DNA of 64,000 bases from assembly GCA_028534125.1 (NCBI GenBank), contig CM052828.1, positions 61,380,001 through 61,444,000 on the forward strand. Direction: 5' to 3'. Source of the DNA: Lama glama. Its lineage: Eukaryota. Shown one piece after another: positions 55,601-64,000 of the stretch. The translations under genes were made by a program, and so were the position numbers. Under the pieces are notes generated by a model that worked only from the letters and a program-made list of their open reading frames with translations, was not told where the DNA came from and made no database searches. Position 1 is the first letter of the stretch; each line of letters starts with the position of its first letter.

Positions 55601-57699
55601 CAACTGCAGGTCAGTCCCTCTAAATGACACCTAAACAGGTGTGTGAGCCCAGGACACCTGTCCACTGGTCATCTCAGCAGTGAGGGGACAGCCTGGGCTC
55701 TGGCAGGACCGTCGACAGCTGGGTGGTGAGTGCAGCTTGGGGGTGGGACCACACATCGTCCACCAGTCATCTCAGCAGCGAGGGCAGCACAGCCCCCAGA
55801 GGGTCCCTCCTGCCTAACCTCCCGCCACCGGACTCACACTTACGCCTAGAAAAGGCCTCGGGACATGATTTCCACCTGTCAGGGATCTTCTGAGCCTGTT
55901 CTTGGAAGCTGCTTTCCCGCTGTCTCCCAGCACAAATCCCTGACCCGGTCTGCTGGCCCCCTGGGGGTGGTGACCGCGGTGTCCTGGGCTGGGAGCTGAC
56001 CCTCCGGCGTCAGCCAGGAGCCGTCAGCACGAGGCACTGCTCTCCTTACACAGCGATGTTTAAGTTCTGAATTACAGGTGCCCTTTAAAAACAGCGACTT
56101 CACATTTTTCTAACCCAGAGCTCCCCTACTTCTCCTGAAAACTCAGAAGACCCGATCACACTGGGCCACGTCCCCTCTCAGGGCACCTGCCTGCCCCCAC
56201 GTGTGTTGTGACTGCCAGTCTAATCTCTGGGCAAGAAACGCCACTGCCCAAAAGACCTCGTGGAAACTTCAGCGAATACAGACAGGAGCCCCAGCCCCCA
56301 GGCCTGCCCCTCCCCACCTGGCCCTGCTCCCGGAAGCTGCCATCTCCCCCTACATCCCAAGCAGCGGGAATTTCTGGCGGGATGGGCAGCCCTGAGGCAG
56401 GCTGCAGAGGGTGGGGGGGTAATTCAGGGCACAGATCTGCGCACCCCAGCAATGACAGAATTCGGGCTGACACCATCCCCGCGCCTGTGCTCCCACACCC
56501 GTGGGAGCTGTGGTCTCCACCCAGACGCCCCAGGCTTCCGAGCAGGCTGAAACTTGGGGTCGCTCCTCCTCCACCCGGTGCCCCTCCCGCACCGTGCCCC
56601 TCGGCGCAGACACTGCTACAAGAGCCCTGCAGCCCCGGAGCCAAGCTGGCCTCACCACCGGCAGAGCTGCCGGGTGGAACGGGGGGCCTGGGGACCTAAG
56701 GATCTATGACTGCCTGACGGAAAGCCACACATGTCTCCATTTTCAGACAGACATCAACCCCACCTAGAATGACTGCACCTTCCATCTGAATGGAATCCAA
56801 CCCCTTCAGCACCTAAAACGCTCAATATTAGCTAACTTTGCTCTCACCGAGACTCTGTTCTCTCCACAGGGGAAAACCATGCTCCATTCTCTGCTTTTCC
56901 AGTCCAGCTAGAAATGCAAATGGTGTCTTTGGACAGTAACTCAGTCCTGAAATAAAAGCTGTAAAATTAAGTCAAGAAAAGGGGAAAAGAAATCATTTTT
57001 TTCCTTTTATTTTTAGAATGTTGTTGTGTTGAATGAGTATTTCTGATTCTTTGGAAACTGAAATTTTGTGTCCCCGTTTACGAAGCATTTTCCCACCGAA
57101 TGCTGCATTTCTAAGGGCTGCTGAGGCCAGAAAAGTAAGTGGCATTTACTGCTGCCACCTTAAGCCTGGGGACATAGGTGAGTGACCGGGTGAGGGCCTG
57201 AGGAGGTGGCGGAAAGGCCGTCTGCGAGGACCACGGCCGAACCTACCCTCTGCGCACCAGTCTCCCCAGACCTGCTCCCCCGCAGGGCCCCGTCCAGGGC
57301 TCTCTCCCTCGGGTCACTCTGCTCTGGGTGAGGAGGGCACCACTCTGCCTGCCCGAGGGTGCTGACTGTCAGACACAGTGTGGGGTCAGGGCTCCAGTCG
57401 CCCCTCCCTCACGCCCTGGAGGGCCCGCTCCAGCTGTAAGGGCTCTTCAGGTGCAGTTAAGTGGTCCAGATTTCTGTCCCCTCCTCAGTCTCCTTCACAG
57501 GCTGCAACGCGGTAGTTTTGTTCCTCCCGGACACACGGGGTGAACACAAGCTAACAAATCACAGTCTGGCCACTGCCTTTCAAGCTTGGCACCGCGTGAG
57601 GACACCTGGCCCTGGCCCTGGAGGAGCCCATCAGTGCCTCTTCCGCTGGGCTTTCCCGGCTCCCGCTGGGCAGGGGGGCGTGCGCCGATGGACAAAACG

Positions 57700-57921
57700 G
57701 GTGCACTGTCCGCGGTTGCCACGGGGTCCGGGGTGAGACGTGATCACTTGAAGGGTACACAGGGTCCCTCTGGGCAATTCAAAAGCTCTGGAAGTAGGGA
57801 GGGGCTGGTAAGACCACACAGAAACGCACTAAATGCCACTGGATTGTACACTCTGAAGTGGCCAAATTGCTGAATTTATGATGTGTGCATTTTTGCCACA
57901 ATTTAACCAAAACAAAGAAAA
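57700..57921 (+). mobile_element. Old L1 3' end fragment
   Basis: ctaaatgccactggattgtacactctgaagtgg...gaatttatgatgtgtgcatttttgccacaattta. Confidence 0.6.
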
Positions 57922-58521
57922 GGTGGTTTCAGGGCATCGACCTGGGCCAGGGCTGTTCAATGGGACCCCGTTCCCTAGCTGCCACACGCCGTCCACGTCC
58001 TCTTCTAGAGCAAGTAGATACTTGTGTAAGTAGACACCTTTTTTGGATTTCATGTTTGATTTCATTACTTTTTACCTGTAACCTCTTGGTACGTACACTC
58101 GGCAAGCACAACTCCACCAACTTCACCCGCAGTGCGGCCGGCACCACCAAGACGGAGCACTTCCAGCACTCAGCGCTGTCTCACGCCCTCCGGGTCAGTG
58201 ACCACCCCCCAGCCTGGCTCTGTTCGGGACTCTAAAACACCTGTCAGTCTTGCCAACTCGGTGCCTTGGAACGATGGAGCCAGAGCTGCTAATTCAGTAG
58301 GGTTGCAAAATGGTGACAGTGTCTGATTTTAGTGTCTAAACCGAAGCAATTCTGTAAGGAGACCCTGCCTTTAGTGCCCCACTGGTGAGGCCCACATGGG
58401 AAGTCGGGATAAACTGCTCATTATTCCCTCTTATTTACCAGATTTTCAAACAACGGATTAGCTCCCTGTTCCCCTCAGAAAGTCAGTAATTTCAGGTTTT
58501 TGTAAATTTTTTGCAGTCACT

Positions 58522-58775
58522 GTTTTTTATTCAGATATATAATTTACACATCATAAAATTCAACTTTTTAAAATGTACAATTCAGTGGATTTCGGTGCAG
58601 AGTTGTACAACCATCACCCCTAATTCCAAACAACGCCATTGCCCCCGAAGCACTCCCGCCCCAGCCCCTGGCGCACATGAATCCATGTCTGTCCCTGCTA
58701 ATCTGCCTCTCTGGGGCGTTTTGTATCACGGAATTGTGTGGCCTTGGCCTCGCATATTCAAGGCTCACCCACGTG
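58522..58775 (-). mobile_element. Old L1 (L1MB-like) 3' end fragment
   Basis: ttttttattcagatatataatttacacatcataaaattcaactttttaaaatgtacaattcagtgg...gttgtacaaccatcacc. Confidence 0.75.
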
Positions 58776-61700
58776 TGATCTCACTCGGGACAGTAGGTTC
58801 TAAGGTGACCCGGGGCACGTGGCCAGCCTCTCTAGGCCTCACAGTCCCCGTCTGTAAGCCGGGCGGCTGCTCAGCAGGACAAGCGGCTCCCTGTCCGTCC
58901 ACCCGGTGGTTCTCAGAGTCTGGGGCCCAGGCCAGCAGCAGCAGCACCTGGTTAGAGAGACAGATTCCAGCCCTCCGGCCCCGCTGCCTCAGGACAGAGC
59001 ACGCCCACATGAGAACCACTTACCGTCCAGCAGGCTGCATCTCCCCCGCCCGCGCCCCTTTCGGGCATGAGGGAGCCAGTATTCCAGAACTTTTCACCGG
59101 TTTTCACGCTGTCTGGTGAAATGCCCTTCTCCCCAACACGACGCTCAGGGCCCTGAGTCATCCAGGCACCTCCCCTGCACTGCCCTTGGTGGCTCACGTG
59201 GGGCCCTCACCTCCGGATTCTCCTTCCCGCCCCACCCTCCAGAGCAGTACACTCCTCAAAACAAGCGCAGCCCTCAGCCGGGCCCCCAGACCCCTAAGCT
59301 CTTGCCCACCACACACCAAGTGGTCTTCACCCACGCGGCTCGCACTCGAGTCTAGACCCCTGCACCCTACTGCGGCACTGCCCCCCACCGCACCTGTGCC
59401 TCCTCCGCCCTGCACGAAAGCTGGGTGCTGGGCCCCCATTCGCGTCACTGGCGGGTCTGAACAGGAACGCGCTCGCAGCCAATGGGCACCCACCCAGAGG
59501 TCAAAGGTCCTGGGCTTGCAGGGTGACCTGGGGCTTCCCGCCTGCGTTTCCTCAGATGAGCAGTCACCACGCTGCAGGCCACACACATGCGGCACCGCAT
59601 AGACGAGTCAGGGGAAGTAGAAAGTGCCACAGTTGTCCCGTGACCCCACCGGGGCCACTGGACTGTCACCGCCGGCCTCACTGCCACCAGCAAGCACCCA
59701 CGGCCCGTGGGGGCCAGGAGGGCAGTGCCTACAGCCAGGGAGCCCGGGGCCCGGGGGCTGGAACGGATGCTCGGCCAGCACAGGACAGTGGGCAGGAGGC
59801 TGGAGGTGGGGGTGACTCTGCTGCTGGCGGCAAGGCAGACGCTGGCTTCCTCGTGCCTGAGGCCGGGGGGCGGGGGAGGCGGCACTTAGGAGGGGTTTAA
59901 GGGATGAAGTAAGCAAAGCTTTGCCATTGTTTCTAAAGGGCGGTGGGCTGTCCTCAGCTGTGACTCACCCGCTGAGCAGGTCTCTGGGCAGGAGGGCAGA
60001 AGCTGGGATCCCAGACGCCGCATCTGGGATGCGCGTACCCGCAGGCTCACTCTTCAGGCCGCTGCGGCAGTCCCTCAACCCCAGAGGCCCAGCACAGCTC
60101 TCCAGAACCTGCCACCCCCGCAGAGCCAGCCCCAGCCGGCCCCGCGGCTCCAGCATCTCACTCTGCTTCGCGCAACAGCTGTTCAAAACTCCAAAATCAC
60201 TTCTGACATTAAGACTGGTCTAAGGAGGCAAGACACTGCCCAGTTTACCATCAGCTGCCCTGGACATACCTTGTACCGCGCACCGGGCTCGGGAGGGAGG
60301 CTGCATCACTGGTTAGACAGCCCACAACAGCCGCTGGAGGCCCTGCTGGAGGCGGAGAGCTCCAACCACCGGCCCCTCAGAGTCAGGAGGCAGTGCGGCC
60401 GCGGTGGGAGCCTCTGGCCCCACTTCAGTGAACCAGCCACAGAGATGGTCTCTAATCTGCTGTCCCTACAGCGAGCCACAAACTGAGAGCCCGCGCTGGC
60501 CGCTGGGTCTGAGTCCCAGTGCAATTTTAGAGCAGGAGAAAACTGCAAATTTAAGACTCTGGTTTTTCCTTCCTCATTCATTACTTGAAACACAGGCCGA
60601 GAGTGAGGTCGAGTTCCCAGTCCAAGACACAGTTGTGTTTTTGTCCCTTCGCCTGATGTCACCACCCTGGCAAACTGGCAGCTCACACAAACCCATGCAG
60701 GTGGTCAGGCATCCCCCTCCCCAGAGAACTCAGCATGACAAGCCCTGGCCTATCCTGGACCCCACGGGGTGGGCCTCCCACCCTCCAGGGCAGGCTGCCA
60801 GAACAGAGCAGCAAAGAGAAGGTGGGGCCCGTGGTGGGCGGGTAGCTGCCCCACACCCCGAGGGCTTCCCCGGGCCACCAGCCATGGGCTGGCTGGCTGA
60901 GCCTCGAGGGTCCGGTTTACAGCAGAAGCTCTTGGAGTGCAGAGGACAGGTGCTGGTGGGGCAGGATGCCTGTCGCCTGCTCTGAGGATCTTTATCCCCA
61001 GATCTGTCGAGCAGCCCGGCTGAGGTCAGGCAGCGCCAGGGTGAGGGGCTGCGGGGAAAGCGGCTCTGGATCCCCAGCCAAGGGCCGAGCAGCCCTGGCC
61101 GCCCTCACCCCTTCAAGGCCACAGCCACATCCAGGGGCCACTGCCAACGGAAGAGAAACCCCCTCACATTTTCACTGGCAGCAGCTCCCCCTACGTCCAG
61201 GGGCGGGACAGAGCTTTACGAATGGCGAAGGTTTATTATAACAATGTTTGTGTTGTCAGGAAAAGGAACTGCTTCTGACACTGGACGGAGCGCAGCCCGA
61301 TCCCCGGCCTCCAGAGCCCCGCGTGCAGGAGAGGCAAGGGCCCAGAGGGCCAGGCGGGCACGCTGAGGCCACACGGGAGGCCACACGCAGAGGTGGGTCT
61401 GATGAAAGGCTCTCTGAAACACACAGAAAGGTCCGAAGTGAACATGCAAAGGATACAGGTGCGTACCTGGTATCTAGTAAGTGCATGTGCACACAGTGTA
61501 TCTTCAGCAACAATGGAGAGGAAAGGACTGAACAGAAGGACCAAAACGTTACAGCGGCAAACCTTTCAGTGAGGAAGTGACTCACTGTTTTCTCATTCTT
61601 GAAAATTTAGAACTAGCTTTTGCAAAATTTCTATAGAATATGCATTATGTTTATAATTAAACAAATGCTTATAAATTTAATAGCATCTGAGATTTATTGT

Positions 61701-64000
61701 AAATTAAAATTTTAGATCTAATCTCTTTTGCCAACAACTCCTTTCTTTTGCACAAAACACTGACATAGTCAATTTATTATGTGTAACAATGAAGGCCATT
61801 TGTCATGACCAAGTTTAAATGCAAAATGAAGCAGTATAATTCAGAGCTTTGTGAGTAAATACCCACTTTACCCTAAATCAGAAACTCACTCACAAACCCC
61901 ACTGGGGACGAGTGTTTCCACCCTCAGAGGCTGAGTCCCGGCAAACGGAGATTTAATGACTTTGTGAATTGTTTTCTGTTTCACTCCAGAGCCAGCCTGG
62001 CCCAAACTATGGCACACGTAGGAAGCCACCTGCTGCGTCGGGCCCATGGTGGGCACCCCACGCACACACTGGGAGCAGGTGCAGGCCCGTCCTGAAGGCT
62101 GGCTGCTTAAAATAAAGAGTGTTACAAAAAAACCTTTTTATTTATCTATTTTAAACATTTTCACTACAAAAGAAATACATGTTCACATAACCAGTAATGC
62201 TACGTAAGAACACACAGGAAGTCCCTCACCACCCTCCCTAACCTGCGCCCCCGCCAGGCTATAACCAGCACTGTCTGGTCCAATTACACCCAGACCTTGC
62301 TCGCGACCCCACAGCCCAACTGCGTGTGGGGGGGTCCTTACGTTGGTCCCCAAAACTGGACCACACTGCGTGACTCTGCCAGAAGCTTTTCTCTCCTTGC
62401 CACCTGATACACTTGCTCTGCCAGAGGATTTAGGAATGCCGCGTTCCCCAGGAGGGCCGCTGTAGGACATGCCCAGTGCACCGGGCCCTCCAGGCTGTGG
62501 GGTCAGACCAGCGCAGCACCAGAGGAATGCGGCTGTGTTCCCCTGGGACTGGAGGAGCTCATGCACGGGGCCTGGGGGCTCCCAGCACAGACCTGGGCGT
62601 GGTCCGCCCACCGGGGGGCGGGGGCTGCAGGTGGGCGTCTGTGCCACACGTCCAGTCCTGCGCCTGCTCCCGCTGGGCCTATCTCAGGGTATGAGGGCCC
62701 GGCCGCCGTGAGCCAGCAGGTGGGACGCCTGCTTCAGGCTGTCACTTGGACAGGAATCGTCCTTCTCATGGAATCAGACCTGTCATCTTTTTAGCTGGCT
62801 GATGACGTAAAAGTTCCCCCGGGTTCCAGAGAGCATTCACAATATTCTCCAAAATGCTCCCGGTATTTTTGTCTTTTTTTCCACTTTGTAACCTTTAATC
62901 TGTATGGAATTGGTTTTACATGGTTTGAGTTAGAATGTGACTCTTTTCAAGACAGACGGCCAGTGAAGGCAATTCCACTCACTGAGAACCACACTTTCCC
63001 CGGGACGAAGGCACCGGCTCTGCTGCCGGCTAGGTTCCCTCATGTGTGCTGGCCTGGTCTATAGCCTCTACACTTTTTGCCTGTTGGGAATCTAAGAATG
63101 TCGACAGCATTGTAAAGAGCTGACCACGTCCATCTTCTGCAAGACCACACACACGCAAAGCAACAATCTGTCACTGGCTGGTCTCCAGCTTACAACCACA
63201 CTTCCACACTAACCGACACACAGAGCAGCCACCCAGCCCTACACCGTCCGAACAGCTTCTTCTGGCTTGAAGTCTAGTGACACTAACAAACCAACTCTGG
63301 ACATTCCACACTGATTCTTTAATTTGTTGTAATCTGAGTTTATACCATCCACCCCCCACCCCCCCGCTTAATCACTGCTGCCTGATTAAAGCTCATTTTA
63401 CGGAAGCCTCTCTGGCCGCAGTCGGCTGTGCGGAGTCTGGGCCTGTCCGCCCCACCACTTCTATTTCTAGCTCCCAGAATCTGAGCCTCTGGCTGGCCTA
63501 GACCGTCTGCTTTTTTCAACCAAGGGCCAATTCACAATTCTCTATGAATTAAATTGAACCCACAGAAAAGCCCCGACCCTCATATCCACCCTGACTTCTA
63601 AGAAGTGAAAAGTGCTTTGGGCCACAAAGGCACTCGAGGCAGTGGGCACCTTCTCCTTTGTCCCTTTGGCATCCCTAACTCACTTAGTCACAACCTTGCA
63701 TTTGGTTCTTCCCACTGACCCAAGCACCCAGAGCTGGTTCACGGCCACCTCTCTCCAGCATCCGTTCGGGAGCTCAGCCCCCATCCACACCCGGGTCACG
63801 GCTGCTGAGTCCCAAACCAACGGCGGCTCAAGAACCCAGAGATGGTAGTCCGCCCGGCTCGGGCCCCTGGGCCGCCCAAGCAGGCGGGTCAGCTGCGCGG
63901 ACACAGGCTGCGGAGCGGAGTCACGTTCTCTCACAGCTGAGACTCCTAATATGGCAGCGAGGTTGAGCACATCCACACAAGAAACTATGGTCCTGGGGTC

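Noticed and set aside
51975-64000. RASA3 exon 1 and promoter
   Set aside because: No MAVEDEGLRVFQSVKIKI-like coding sequence or clear CpG-island promoter seen; exon 1 is presumably beyond the window.

Overview
GC-rich mammalian genomic DNA holding most of one protein-coding gene on the minus strand: RASA3 (RAS p21 protein activator 3, GAP1(IP4BP)). I traced coding exons 2-24 by hand (51974 down to the stop at 2281). All splice phases join in frame and total 2450 nt. With the 55 coding nt expected from exon 1, which lies beyond the right edge, this gives an 834-aa C2-C2-RasGAP-PH-Btk protein. The 3' UTR runs to an ATTAAA signal at 1129-1134. The rest is intron with old L1, L2, MIR and LTR fragments, one younger L1 3' end of cetartiodactyl type (possibly camelid; inference) and two minisatellites. 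Almost all ORFs in the six-frame track are GC-rich noise. I found no new multi-gene system. The most unusual points are: (1) a tandem duplication of the terminal-exon splice acceptor that could give a different, NMD-immune C-terminus; (2) a candidate 33-nt stop-containing cassette exon in intron 1; (3) a GC-AG intron; (4) an 18-bp repeat that has generated a cluster of CRE sites; (5) a 45-bp minisatellite made of splice-site-like units.
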